64,000 nt of DNA from a virus (IMGVR_UViG_3300042339_001064:1-64000), one strand, 5' to 3'; shown: positions 46,901 to 55,590, counted from the stretch's first letter. Notes: generated by a model from the sequence alone, not told the origin. A program made the numbers and translations.

Positions 46901-48300
46901 AGTATAGACTTCAAGAGCCTGATACAATAAAAAACTTTATAGAAAAAAACAAAGAATACGAACAATCTAAAGAAATTATAGAAGAATGGAAAAAAGTAAA
47001 TAACATTCAATATAATCCTGAAGAAATATATTCAAGAGGTCAAGAATTTGTATCTGTACTAGGGGCTTACTCTGATTTTGATGTTAATCTTATGATGCAG
47101 AATCTTCTTCAACATATAGAGGATAATGAAAAAGCTGGAGGTAAATTTGTTATATCTGCATTTACTAAACCTGTTGATAAAACAATTGGTCACTTAGAAG
47201 GTGGTGGAGGAAAAATTAAGTTTAAAATATACCCACAATCTAATGATATATTATGGGCTGCTAATACTGATGTTTATAGTGGTAGTGTTTGGGATGCTAG
47301 TGAAAAAATTAATAAAGATAAAAAATCTGAATTACTTGGAGTTAGTTATACTAAATATCCTTCTTTATATAATGTGGGTACTGTACAACCTAATTTAGCT
47401 TCTGTTGTAGATAATTTAGCACATCATCATAATGAACTTGGTATTGCTTTAACAGGTAATAACTTTAGATTAGAATATGATGAAGATATTCCTTATACTA
47501 CTAAAAAGATTATTGAGGGTATAAATAAAATATTAGACCAAAAATATGGCAAGTTAGTTAACCCTGAGATTAAAAAAGTTACAATTATACCTAATGAATT
47601 TGAATTTTGGCAACAAGATATGAATGAGGATGGAGGTTTAGATAGATTTAGAATAAGTATATTTAAAAAAGATGATAAATGGTTTGAAGAATTTTTTGAT
47701 ACTTATGGAGAATCTGAAAGTGTTAGAGAAATAGATTATAATGAAGTAAAATTAAAATTTGATGAAGCTCTATCTTCTAATTCAACTTTAACAAGAGGTA
47801 GAGGTATTCAACCAACTCAAACTAAAGATAATTTAAAAGAAAGTATTGAGAGTGTTAAGAGTAAAGTAACTAATGAAATTGAAGATTCTGATGGAATAGG
47901 TTCTTTTGGTTATGATAATAATGGTATTAGATATGTTAAAAGTGATGATGGTACTTATTCTAAATCATCTGATAAATTTAAAACTTGGGTAGAAATAACT
48001 GAAGAAGAGTATGAAAGTAATAAACCTAAAAGAGATATTAAACAAAAAGAATACATATCTCAAGCATTAATTAACACTAAAATAGCAGCATTAAAAGAAG
48101 TAGCTAAAAAATATCCTAGAAGTTTAATTAGAAGTGAAGTTAAACCTGTTAAACCTTTTGATACTAATTCTTATGAACAATTTAATGATGAATTACCATT
48201 TCAAAAAATACTTTCTACTGAAGATAAATTTTTTATTCAGTATATTAAAGAAGAAGCACTTAAAAATAATATAGATCTTTCAAAAAATAATTGTAAATAA
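37981..48300 (+). CDS. crAss-like virion RNA polymerase (two-barrel, single chain) with RNase H and zincin-like fusions
   Basis: YRIPTE...GFDMDIDK catalytic loop (42181-42204), TDA and GTQ motifs, AVDNIK; 3439 aa. Confidence 0.88.
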   Translation: MACYINPFPNEISQDEYLLILNTNNLYDTYLNIINNGEEGLLEFFNINKAVIDKGINQIKELRDFKAGKLTSTDVIINNPIINYFINNNINSNILKTLDKSFTEIFYKLANENNKPVSDFININDLFKLPYQEGVKSSNVLIRFLGSLNGYKNMLSNQLTTGLNNNNEVLTEYDKIYIQQTINYINSLGVFKDLNYPIISLENFKNNLRLKELINYLGRDGLFKLDNQLVEDLNNEKEDLENNIQIYEKDPLTEDPSDKISARLKLMLRGINMYDSSGNKVIKSNIELFWKPADLIQKMLIAVSNNNVHNLTIDQILDKLTVLSTQEFSILSQPISTFLKRLNALKTNNNLFNSAGPDIYTDLFLYFQQYPVGIKVLETETTIFKNKPIYINGIEVIEDIEVKSLKIQNKVDYVNAGLNRVRKDIFNNLLNSSELQNNFNTKNELILASNQSVAQLAEIIATLLSPSLTTTQKNIKEQVFNKIKQTDLKNGINFLTVLEGIINGDNILNSSIINKVYNINNDTLFPVLSPSELSEELSIINSSIAAIKNGVAYEDTDFYKKFNGDIISMSLWADYVKNASNPLSLSIFIGHKLDENIKEEYSDFTQAELLANLFNVISSGSIPTPILSDKSNIYLIDNYSLNQGALNQLNFRQDPISYFKYFISYLKIDNELNEQINNGINIGKNIDKAIAKQKLILFNPAFYEIADNEEVLEIYNTYVNGDTENKQTAEKQLIDIINKYQTKLGNDLYQKFIDTKLITYNDDLEGYYINSNLLDKTIYLKTKAGVEQLKNNIKEVAVKYYVLNTQVKLLSVGHSGFFKENDEQKRVKAIAANSKKVNLNATYKNKQIITKNSGKRIILKDIENPVVNKIAEDFFLQRLKEEKFSNEDILKKMANLFSNYTLLDGTPVYSLNSAKLDKIKEEFNIEAAPLLEKINTLKLENNLEEVALIQEDYNKILTKYSNLEKEIKFLPTKKSNTTDASSVSSLDFSKKYHVGLNMYSDNQEEAYNAELNGNYLNKFTENNFKVIKNIVYTKTKSKNSDILLPYMEKTSTDNFTAQRVFLGEEPNLYQAMIGKMFGYTFNEKNESWTYNPNNAIIDKIVYESAVKAEMPVNQNGDIVVFDLLKEIENKNIKSLEDVNNWKPEQNFEENYVIDIPITEDRLQVETPEHLEGQADIGTQIEGLISNGIDADSEFVINNKTFNGLELTNLLNQLRVNYVDKGENDLYNEFFKEDRIYDLVASLYNDREYLNLETLTPEKLPDLLSNPQFGLALVSKIQSLIKQNVVKTKINGIQFFNGVVANDKSLNILVEDVIDANGKTIKKLIFEVAVPAFSENMFKAALNSETGKLDVNLIPEELREFVVYRIPTEAMYSMFAVRIKKLLHPSSGPIIYMPEGPTNIAGFDMDIDKLFGIVKNYYSKDNKLIPISYSLEKDSNINFKEWIKENITDTDQLTLNDLFLEKSNLIEKNPDLFKERSDIKKLKEEKNKIISDLEKDLIEEYDLSGKQLSTALSRQLKNYPKYLEIKETLNTFYDSIKIEENESLKNSVKEINKQINDIYAIYKDSWKNLNVAAQLSTSQYQNLYLDIIKGVVTNEKSVNEYITGNGFQRLEDINTDLENRNTSKESKKDKLLRAQNPYRDANLVNSLNTFRAIMSGAQNIGPAAIYNQFVALNQFLKNFGIESTVGFNVKSINLLSKNQKDTEQFNIFKGLNNYVTKSGLKPNMAIAELLAQAVDNIKKDLSVPLNLQKQLVGLRSLLYITGLDENIVDRIFTDYPLVDKIIKESIESDDINRYKNNIFKYNLYDLSEKPSKFIFLDKDEKININLELLNKKFKPGNLVSDILSSDISEEEIVYFLHEMLELANELSDIINTINYYQKGLGKNFASLIFSYDKTKQLLNSTLSNNFSIDLSNSFIEYKLQKLVEITENIYSNFNINLEDPNFNFFKQYFQRLNNSKYLGYLFNANLSSNLYLNLLAEFGSAENLKKAYFKEVSDLKLIFGQNTIIEKTGDNYVKSDVQNLNLNILNSIIRFVDNNPFFEENIKNITILKQLYPFDIQFLGQSESFNSSLNPKNIIDIMSIDNKTLYYGGNQDIITEDNVFSAQEITQKLFFINMVQSGLFSGKNNKGRSNVFDLLFLDNIILQNFLLYINKPYSYLLNNSVVNPEILRNSSNVLSAYTDFILLNNPEGFNKYTRSLEDTYLLDNNTKKLIKNIFVNSTPITLNNNYLDVYVIDKSIILPTDDPKKLVKLGNFLNSTYITFNDNGSKKLFKLVYSLGNNLLYKNLGIIGGNLLSNEFSGKINPIAFNFLDEVISNLGITRSNIESSDVNLANQVIGTWSKPAIQTPVNTTVETISTPQNPIKIYSDGSDIKGTGKVGFGAVYEYNNKEYALTGTEEGFEVKDLQKMFPEAKFSNPTMEMLALVRVLQSFSNNSEHLSIYQDYKGAVNYNELWNYSEGSQQRESKPWNAKESYIKYLVAQAVDAIKKIETNGGSVKINWVKGHAGNKMNDRADFYAKSRENFNNLTEPLSKTFIEPTTQPSTDVKTKQEEQSKLFQLPSTEGQVASEKTIRDLAARMSDRIGMPVKFESDRTKQYKGKIENNIAYVNLAYATLDTPIHEILGHPIIRAIKGKNKGYVVKGSTITDKATNKTYIVKEVTEDYDFVIEENGKDITVDSSTFEWNTNAISQLYQNLLKELEYGKGKEVLDRIKRDYKEYEKNLTAVKSEINRIQNIISKGYLYEIDGNLFNKKDAIEYSIDNNYDFEEEIEFDSYANLEINLLRQQQILEEKNSVSKSNVAEDFIIDDKEIRIVYNLEKVQEEAIVELLGMMTAEKLDNVKDGKLISLLKRLLKEMKQFIRSLINQKEVEIDKLPDNMTINDLADLLAYSNSKLILPGYEVEYTTPDNMKFKTYQEASNHISQLAKNVKDVDLDNISLLKEKPKYKIGDYFGQYEKGFVEQEGLNKIETQEEADYLNSKEYRLQEPDTIKNFIEKNKEYEQSKEIIEEWKKVNNIQYNPEEIYSRGQEFVSVLGAYSDFDVNLMMQNLLQHIEDNEKAGGKFVISAFTKPVDKTIGHLEGGGGKIKFKIYPQSNDILWAANTDVYSGSVWDASEKINKDKKSELLGVSYTKYPSLYNVGTVQPNLASVVDNLAHHHNELGIALTGNNFRLEYDEDIPYTTKKIIEGINKILDQKYGKLVNPEIKKVTIIPNEFEFWQQDMNEDGGLDRFRISIFKKDDKWFEEFFDTYGESESVREIDYNEVKLKFDEALSSNSTLTRGRGIQPTQTKDNLKESIESVKSKVTNEIEDSDGIGSFGYDNNGIRYVKSDDGTYSKSSDKFKTWVEITEEEYESNKPKRDIKQKEYISQALINTKIAALKEVAKKYPRSLIRSEVKPVKPFDTNSYEQFNDELPFQKILSTEDKFFIQYIKEEALKNNIDLSKNNCK

Positions 48301-48309
48301 AATAAATAT

Positions 48310-51300
48310 ATGTCATTAGCCTGCGATTTAAATATAAATATTGCCAAAAGAGGTATTTTAAAAGGAATTTCTAATAAATATATTCCTGAAGAATATGAAA
48401 ATAATCAATCTGATTTTAAAGATGATGAATTACAAATACCCCTTAAAAATAAAAATAAAGATGAAGTAGCAGAAATATTTAAACCTATTTTATCAACTAT
48501 AGAAAAAGACTATAAAGGTAATATAAAAGCAGAAATAGTTAAAAATTCTATACTTGATCCTTTTTATATAAAATTTAATGTTAATAGAAATTATATTCTT
48601 GACCAGTTACAACTAACTGTAAAAGATATAAATGAACTTCAAACTAAAGAAACTATTAATACTAAAATTGTAGACCCTTTGTTAAATGTACAAAAAGGGC
48701 TTACAGATCCCTTAATTAGACAAAAATATTTTTCTGATGGAGATACTACTACAGATAAAGAAGTATTAACTAAGATTGCAAATTCTAGTCACCCTTTAAG
48801 TGGATTAGCTAAACAATTAATTCCTTTTAGTAAAGGAATAAAATTTAATTTATTACCTATTAATTATATTAATGTTAATAATAATAAATCTTCTGGAGTA
48901 TATAAAAGTTTTGGAATAAATAATGAAGAAATAATTGAAATTGCAGAATTTGCAAAGTTTAGAGGTTTAGGGTCTGAACCTACAATTATTCATGAAATTC
49001 TACATGGATTAACTTTTAATTGGTTAGATTCTGTAAATCAATCAGATCCATTATATAAAGAATTTGAAAGACTTTATAATGAAACAATTTCAAAAATAGG
49101 TATTGCTAATAATTATGGTTTAACTAAAATTGAAGAATTTGCAGTAGCTTTATTTACAGATGAAGAATTTATTAATAAAATTAAAGAATTACCTTCAGAT
49201 AATCCTACTAAATATGTTAATTTATTTGAAAATATATTAAATACTTTATTAAAAGTATTTAATATAACTGATTCTAAAAGTACTTTATATACAGATGCAT
49301 TTGCAATTGTTTCAAATATAATTAATATTCAAAAAGAATTAGAAAACATTTTTAATATTCAAAAAGAAATAGAAGAAGCTTTTTTACCTACTCTTGATGA
49401 ATTTGAAAACTTACAAGATGATATAGATAATTATTATATTGATGATTATTCAGAATATACACCTGAACTTCCTGAAGATACTTTTCAAGAAAATGTTTTA
49501 GAAGAAAAAACTGTCATAGAAAGTAAATCAACTATAAATCCAAATTTAATTCCAGATAATATTGAAGAACAATTTAATGAGTTTGAATCTTTAAGAAATA
49601 AAGATGCAGAAACTACTGAAGAGTTTGACAAACAAATTTTATATTCTTTAATATTACCAAATGTTAGTAAAGATAAATTCTTTGAAATATTTTCTCAAAA
49701 CAATCCAGAAGAATTTAATAAATATAGGCAAAAAGAAGTTAAAAGAATTATTAATAACTTTGCAGAAAAATTTGGAATTACTATTGAGCAAATTAATCAA
49801 TACCAAGATAGATATGTTTTAGCTAATAATAAAACATTAAGTTATAATGGTGTAGCTAATTTAGCAAATAAAACTATTAAATATTTAGAAGGAGATGAGG
49901 CTGCATTAACAGAAGAAGTAGCTCACTTTATGGTAGCTATGTTACCTAAAACAAGTCCTGAGTATGTTAATTTAAAAAATTATATTAGTAGAACTCCTGA
50001 ATATCAACTTTATTATGAATCTTACTTAGAAGTTTATAATGGAGATGTAGATAAAACTGAGGAAGAAATAATGGGTAAGGTTGTAGCTAATAGTTTATTA
50101 GGAGTTACAGAAAATGTACCTTTATCTTTAAAAAGTCTTATTACTTCAATTTTAAACTACATTAATAACTTTTTTAATCCAGAGTATAGAAAAGCTTTTC
50201 AAAGAAGTGTAGATAATATTAATCATTTATTTTTTACAGAAAATTTTGATACTAATTTTTCTGAAGCTAATATAACTTTTGATGAATTATATAGTTTAAA
50301 ATTTACAACTTCTAATGATGAAAAAGTATTTAATTCTTCTACAGATCAAATATTAAATAATATTTTACAAAATTTAAAAAACCAAAGACAAAGGTTTATT
50401 GAAAATAAACAAACTGATTTAATTAAAAGTATTGATACTTTAATTGATATAATTACAGAAAAAGATTCAAATATTGATAATTCTGATAGAATTATTAATT
50501 ATATACAAATGTCTTTATTAGAAATACAAAAAGTTGAACAATCTTTAAATAATTTTGAAAAAAGTGGTATTTTACAAGATTTAGAAAAGAAAAATTTTAA
50601 TAACTTAACAAAAGAACAACAAGAAGCTCAAACTCAAGAAGATAGAGCTAACCATTTACAATATGTAGCTGCAGCTATTACAACTTTACAAAATTTAAAT
50701 TCATTAATTACTTTAATTGAATGGAATTTTAAAGGATTTAATAATACTTTTCAATCTTTATCAGATTATAATAAAATTATAGATACTTTACCTGATTCTA
50801 ATGAAAATAAAATATTTTCAGAAGCATTAAAATTAACAAAAGCTACATATAGAGATGCAAAACTTGGAACTATAAAAGGAGTTTATCAAGATCTTTCTCA
50901 AAAATTATTAGATGTAACTTTTAAAACTTTAAATACTCAAGATCAAAAAAACTTTTTAGAATTAACACAAACAAATTTAACTCCTAATGTTAAAAAACAA
51001 GAAGATGTAAATAATGATATATCTCCTTTAGGTACAGTTAAAGATCTTATTACAGGAGAATTTAATATATCTTCTTTTAAAGAAAATATAATGCCTTTAA
51101 CTTTCCAAAAAGATGTTTATTTAAGATCTGTTGACAATGCTAATGCAGTTTTAAGGCAATTTGCATTAATGGCTTCAGCAAAAGATGTCCATGAATATAA
51201 TTTATTTCAAGAAAAATTAAATCAATTAGGTGAATTTAATGAAACATGGCTTTCAGCAAAAGATGAAAAAGGTAAACTTACATTTAAGTTATTGCAAAAA

Positions 51301-54300
51301 TATAATTTTAAAGTATTTAAAAAAACTTTATCTCAAAAAATTATTAAAGATAATTTAGCAACTATTATAAATCAAAATGTTGTATTAGATGAAGTAGAAA
51401 ATAAAGATCCTAAAATATTAAAATCTATTATTAATAAAAAATATAATTCGCCAAATGCAATAAAAGATGATATTACTCAATTATATATTAATAAAAAAAT
51501 ATCAAAAAGTTTATTTTTATTTTTAAATAATTATATTAATGGCTACGAAACATTATATACTTTAAAATTAAGTGAACAAAATAATTTATTATCTAATAAT
51601 AATCAAAATATATTACAAAAATATAAAAATGATTATATATCTCAATTAGAAAATAATTTAGCAAATTTAAATTTTAATAAAAAATCTTTACCTTATTTTA
51701 ATAATAAATTTGCTTTTACTGAAAATACTATTAGTGCATCACAACTAGCAAGTGTTGTTCAAAATATTATAGATAATAAGAAAGCTGCTTTAATTAACAA
51801 ATTTGTAGTAGTTCCTAAAACTATAAATGGTTTTGAAAATCCTGTTTACACAAATCAAATGGCTTATGTAGAAGGATTAATGAATTATTTTAAAAATAAT
51901 ATAGGGTATTTACAAGATATTGAAGGTGAAATTAAAACTGATAATATTAATTTTTTAATGTTAGGTGATGAATACTTTTTTAATTTATCAGATAAAAAAT
52001 CTTTAGCAGGAATTAATTTTGTAGACAATGATTATATTAATTTAGAAAAACTTGCTCAATCAAATAATCCTAAAGAAAGAGAAATAGCAACATTAAAATT
52101 AACTGCTATTGAAAAAATAAAACAAGATAATTTAAAACATAATACGCCTTCTAATGATTTAGGAGGAGTATTAATAAATAATAGTGCTGCATTTTTAAGT
52201 AATTCTAAAGAATATAGAGAATTTTATAATAGAATATTTAGAATGGCTTTTCCTTTAGCTTTAACATTAGCATCACCAGTTAATCCATTAGCTAGTGTTA
52301 TGTTATATCTTACTTATATAGGAGCATTAGATACTTTAATTTATAAACCTTTTTATTTTTTAAAAAATGATACAGAATCTAATTTATTAAAAAGAGCATA
52401 TAATGCTTGGAAACTAAGTTTATCAGAATTTTTTAACAGAGATTTAAGAGAAAAAAATATAGAAAATAATGCTGAATTAGAAAAAGAAGTTGCAAAAGGT
52501 TATAAAAAAATAATTTCTAACTTAATTGAAAATATAAAAAATAAATTAAATAAAAATAGAATTAATGATAATATTCTATTATTAGGAGAATATAAAATTC
52601 CTAAACCTTTTGAAGTTGAAAGAAATAATAGATTATTATTATCTACAGATTTTTTATCTAACCAAAAAAGCATTACTCAAGCTAGATATAATTATGAAAC
52701 AAATATAAGATGGGAATCTTGGATTAGAATGACTGCTGATTATAATGAAACAAGGGCAGGTGTAACTAATTCAAATATTATTAATACAATTAAAGATAGG
52801 TATTGGTTTAATAAATTTTTTAAACCAACAAAATCATTAAGTGCTTTAAGGTTTACTTTAGGAATAATATCTAGTAAATTACTAAAAGGAAACATACAAT
52901 CAGCAATAATGAACTTAACTATTGGTCAATTTGGAGTATTTTTACATACAAATCCTAGTACTTTTGCTAAAAGTGTTATTAATATGTTTACTCATAATAC
53001 TGAAATGTTATATATGGGTACTAATTTAAACAATGTTGTAAATAGTTTTATAGGTAATTTTGGGAATCCTTCTAATTCAACTACTAGATTATCTTTTTTT
53101 GATGCTTTAAAAAATATGTTTACAGGAAGAGATACTAATGTAGCAAAATATAATAATAATCTTATAAAGCATATTTCAAAAAATTTAAGAAAAAATAGAG
53201 GTACAGGTTTTACAGAATTTGATGAAAGTGAATCTATCTTAACAAGGGAATTTGGTTTAACTAATACTCAAATGCTTAATAATCTTGGTGAAAAGTTTAT
53301 TGAAGAAAATACAATATTTCAATATTTAAATAGTAATCCAATTATAGATGAAAATGGAAAGCCTATAAAAAATTTAAAAAAATATTTAAAAATTGAAAAT
53401 GGTTTAATAGTTTTAGATAGAACTAAATTGCCTAAGAATTTATATTTAAAAAATACTACTAATTTAGCTTATAAAAATTATTATAATTTAGATATAGATT
53501 CTAATGTTAATATTGAAAAAGCTAGTCCTAAAGATTTAGGAATTAACCCTTTAACTGATGTAGAACTAAATGAATTTTTAAATATTACTATGTCAAATGA
53601 TATTTCTAATTTAATGGAAAAATCTCAAGGGGTGTATAATATTTTTAATAAAGCTTATTGGAGAAATACTGGAATAGGATTAATATTATTTCAATTTAAA
53701 GATTATGTATTAACTTCATTAACAAATACTATAGGTTCTAGAAAAATTAAAAATAATTTTACTAGTTATGAAACAAGTATTTTAAATTCTTTAACTAAGG
53801 CTTTTGATAGAATGGCTATTTCAGGTTATAGATTTATTGATAAAGATGCTAAATTTAATAAAGATGTAGATCAAAATTTATTAATTTTAAATAATGTATC
53901 TAAAATACAATTTTTTAGAGAATTAAATTTTTTAAGAAATCGTTTAGTTTCTTTTTTAACTCAATCTGAAGGTAAAATAAATAAAAAATTAAAAGAATTA
54001 GCTAATAATAATGAAAAATTTAGAAAAGATACAAATAGAAAAACAAGTTCTAATATTTTATTAAATTTACCTATAAATTGGTATTTAACAAATATTAAAG
54101 ATAAACCAATTGATGATGTTAATTTTAAAATATCTGGAGAATTTAATTTAGATACTAATAATCCTAATTTTAATAAACAACTTAATTATATTAAAAGTTT
54201 AATTGATAAAAAATTTAAAACAAAAGAAAATTTTACTCAAGCTGATTTAGATATATTAACTAAATTTGATATTGATCAAAATTATTTAAACATAGTTCAA

Positions 54301-55068
54301 GGTTATTTAAAATTAAAATTAAGTTTAACTGCAGATGTAGAATCAATTAACAAATTACTTAATTTTGGAGTTTTAAATTTAGGACTTATATTATTGTTAG
54401 GGTTTTTAAAATCTTTAGAGTGGCCAGAAGATGAAGAAGATGAAGAAGGGAAAAAAATATTAAATCTAAAAGATTGGTTTTTTGCAACAGGAGAATATTC
54501 TTTATCTAGTTTTCTATTAAACTATGTTCCTTTTGATATTGATGATGCTTATGGAATAGATTATAAGAAATTTACTGTAGAAGCTTATAAATTTGCACCT
54601 TTTATATCTCAGATTAAAGAAATTTTAGAACCAATTACTACTATAGGTTATGAAGAAGAAATGAGAAAAAATATTACTGAAGAAAAAAAAGAATTTTTAA
54701 TAACAGTAGCAGAAAAAGCAGGAAAAAAAGAAAATAATAAAATAAAATTACCTCTTTTAAAGCCTAAATTAGTGTATAATGAAGAAACAGAGGAAAATGA
54801 TTTAATTCTTGGATCAACATTATTAAAAAATAAATTAATAGGATTAGGTATAAATAAAGAAATTTTAAATAGTTTTTCTTCTTTTGCAGAAGATAAAGAA
54901 AAATTAAAAGAAAGAAAAAATAAAAAATTTATTGAATTATTATCTAAAAAAGCTATTGATAATAGATCATATAAATTTGGAGATAGAGATCCTAATAAAA
55001 GTGAAGAAGACAAGGAAGAACAAGATGAAATGTTACAAGAACTTGATGAAACATTACAAGATTTATAA
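48310..55068 (+). CDS. Giant polyvalent virion protein with zincin metallopeptidase-like domains
   Basis: TIIHEILH...EEF (48991-49140), degenerate EEVAH...EEE (~49912-50070), C-terminal QGVYN...LFQFK.Y and TM-like segments. Confidence 0.7.
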   Translation: MSLACDLNINIAKRGILKGISNKYIPEEYENNQSDFKDDELQIPLKNKNKDEVAEIFKPILSTIEKDYKGNIKAEIVKNSILDPFYIKFNVNRNYILDQLQLTVKDINELQTKETINTKIVDPLLNVQKGLTDPLIRQKYFSDGDTTTDKEVLTKIANSSHPLSGLAKQLIPFSKGIKFNLLPINYINVNNNKSSGVYKSFGINNEEIIEIAEFAKFRGLGSEPTIIHEILHGLTFNWLDSVNQSDPLYKEFERLYNETISKIGIANNYGLTKIEEFAVALFTDEEFINKIKELPSDNPTKYVNLFENILNTLLKVFNITDSKSTLYTDAFAIVSNIINIQKELENIFNIQKEIEEAFLPTLDEFENLQDDIDNYYIDDYSEYTPELPEDTFQENVLEEKTVIESKSTINPNLIPDNIEEQFNEFESLRNKDAETTEEFDKQILYSLILPNVSKDKFFEIFSQNNPEEFNKYRQKEVKRIINNFAEKFGITIEQINQYQDRYVLANNKTLSYNGVANLANKTIKYLEGDEAALTEEVAHFMVAMLPKTSPEYVNLKNYISRTPEYQLYYESYLEVYNGDVDKTEEEIMGKVVANSLLGVTENVPLSLKSLITSILNYINNFFNPEYRKAFQRSVDNINHLFFTENFDTNFSEANITFDELYSLKFTTSNDEKVFNSSTDQILNNILQNLKNQRQRFIENKQTDLIKSIDTLIDIITEKDSNIDNSDRIINYIQMSLLEIQKVEQSLNNFEKSGILQDLEKKNFNNLTKEQQEAQTQEDRANHLQYVAAAITTLQNLNSLITLIEWNFKGFNNTFQSLSDYNKIIDTLPDSNENKIFSEALKLTKATYRDAKLGTIKGVYQDLSQKLLDVTFKTLNTQDQKNFLELTQTNLTPNVKKQEDVNNDISPLGTVKDLITGEFNISSFKENIMPLTFQKDVYLRSVDNANAVLRQFALMASAKDVHEYNLFQEKLNQLGEFNETWLSAKDEKGKLTFKLLQKYNFKVFKKTLSQKIIKDNLATIINQNVVLDEVENKDPKILKSIINKKYNSPNAIKDDITQLYINKKISKSLFLFLNNYINGYETLYTLKLSEQNNLLSNNNQNILQKYKNDYISQLENNLANLNFNKKSLPYFNNKFAFTENTISASQLASVVQNIIDNKKAALINKFVVVPKTINGFENPVYTNQMAYVEGLMNYFKNNIGYLQDIEGEIKTDNINFLMLGDEYFFNLSDKKSLAGINFVDNDYINLEKLAQSNNPKEREIATLKLTAIEKIKQDNLKHNTPSNDLGGVLINNSAAFLSNSKEYREFYNRIFRMAFPLALTLASPVNPLASVMLYLTYIGALDTLIYKPFYFLKNDTESNLLKRAYNAWKLSLSEFFNRDLREKNIENNAELEKEVAKGYKKIISNLIENIKNKLNKNRINDNILLLGEYKIPKPFEVERNNRLLLSTDFLSNQKSITQARYNYETNIRWESWIRMTADYNETRAGVTNSNIINTIKDRYWFNKFFKPTKSLSALRFTLGIISSKLLKGNIQSAIMNLTIGQFGVFLHTNPSTFAKSVINMFTHNTEMLYMGTNLNNVVNSFIGNFGNPSNSTTRLSFFDALKNMFTGRDTNVAKYNNNLIKHISKNLRKNRGTGFTEFDESESILTREFGLTNTQMLNNLGEKFIEENTIFQYLNSNPIIDENGKPIKNLKKYLKIENGLIVLDRTKLPKNLYLKNTTNLAYKNYYNLDIDSNVNIEKASPKDLGINPLTDVELNEFLNITMSNDISNLMEKSQGVYNIFNKAYWRNTGIGLILFQFKDYVLTSLTNTIGSRKIKNNFTSYETSILNSLTKAFDRMAISGYRFIDKDAKFNKDVDQNLLILNNVSKIQFFRELNFLRNRLVSFLTQSEGKINKKLKELANNNEKFRKDTNRKTSSNILLNLPINWYLTNIKDKPIDDVNFKISGEFNLDTNNPNFNKQLNYIKSLIDKKFKTKENFTQADLDILTKFDIDQNYLNIVQGYLKLKLSLTADVESINKLLNFGVLNLGLILLLGFLKSLEWPEDEEDEEGKKILNLKDWFFATGEYSLSSFLLNYVPFDIDDAYGIDYKKFTVEAYKFAPFISQIKEILEPITTIGYEEEMRKNITEEKKEFLITVAEKAGKKENNKIKLPLLKPKLVYNEETEENDLILGSTLLKNKLIGLGINKEILNSFSSFAEDKEKLKERKNKKFIELLSKKAIDNRSYKFGDRDPNKSEEDKEEQDEMLQELDETLQDL

Positions 55069-55116
55069 AAAACATTTGAAGAAAATTCTGAAAAAACAAT
55101 AAAAAAAAACAAATAA

Positions 55117-55146
55117 AAAAAAGCCACCAATTAAGGTGGCTTTTTT
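55117..55146. terminator. Bidirectional intrinsic terminator between convergent gene blocks
   Basis: aaaaaagccacc-aattaa-ggtggctttttt perfect stem with A/T tracts on both sides. Confidence 0.9.
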
Positions 55147-55188
55147 AATAATATTAAATATTTTTTGGTCTACAAATATTTTACTAAA

Positions 55189-55569
55189 TTAATAATACTC
55201 ATCTTTATAGTCATCAAAGCAATCATCAAACTCAGCATAGTTTGTAAAAAGTTCTTCCCCTGGCTCAATATTTTTAAGTGCTATTGTAACATCTTTAGTG
55301 TTATCTAGATTAGGGGTATAACTATGATTTAAAAAATTTGATAAATCACAAGAAGAATAATAATAATTATCTTCTATCCAAGCATATTTATTAAAATATT
55401 CTTGTTGAGCATCGGGCATTTGTTTTACTTTATCTATAGAAATTTTAATATCTACTCCTTCTTCAAACTTCCATACTATAGAATCTTTTGGTATAAATTC
55501 TGTAGCAAATAAACCTAACCCCATTTTAGGATTAGTAGCTACTTTAACTTCTGTTTTAAATAAAAACAT
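55189..55569 (-). CDS. SET-domain protein (putative lysine methyltransferase)
   Basis: GLGLFATEFIPK, FLNHSYTPN, ALKNIEPGEELFTNY. Confidence 0.9.
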   Translation of the reverse strand: MFLFKTEVKVATNPKMGLGLFATEFIPKDSIVWKFEEGVDIKISIDKVKQMPDAQQEYFNKYAWIEDNYYYSSCDLSNFLNHSYTPNLDNTKDVTIALKNIEPGEELFTNYAEFDDCFDDYKDEYY

Positions 55570-55590
55570 ATTTTATTTTATTAATTGTGA

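Noticed and set aside
55069-55116. 15 in-frame sense codons after the stop of the 2252-aa gene (KTFEENSEKTIKKNK)
   Set aside because: Could be a recent nonsense change or read-through, but it is too short and A-rich to distinguish from chance
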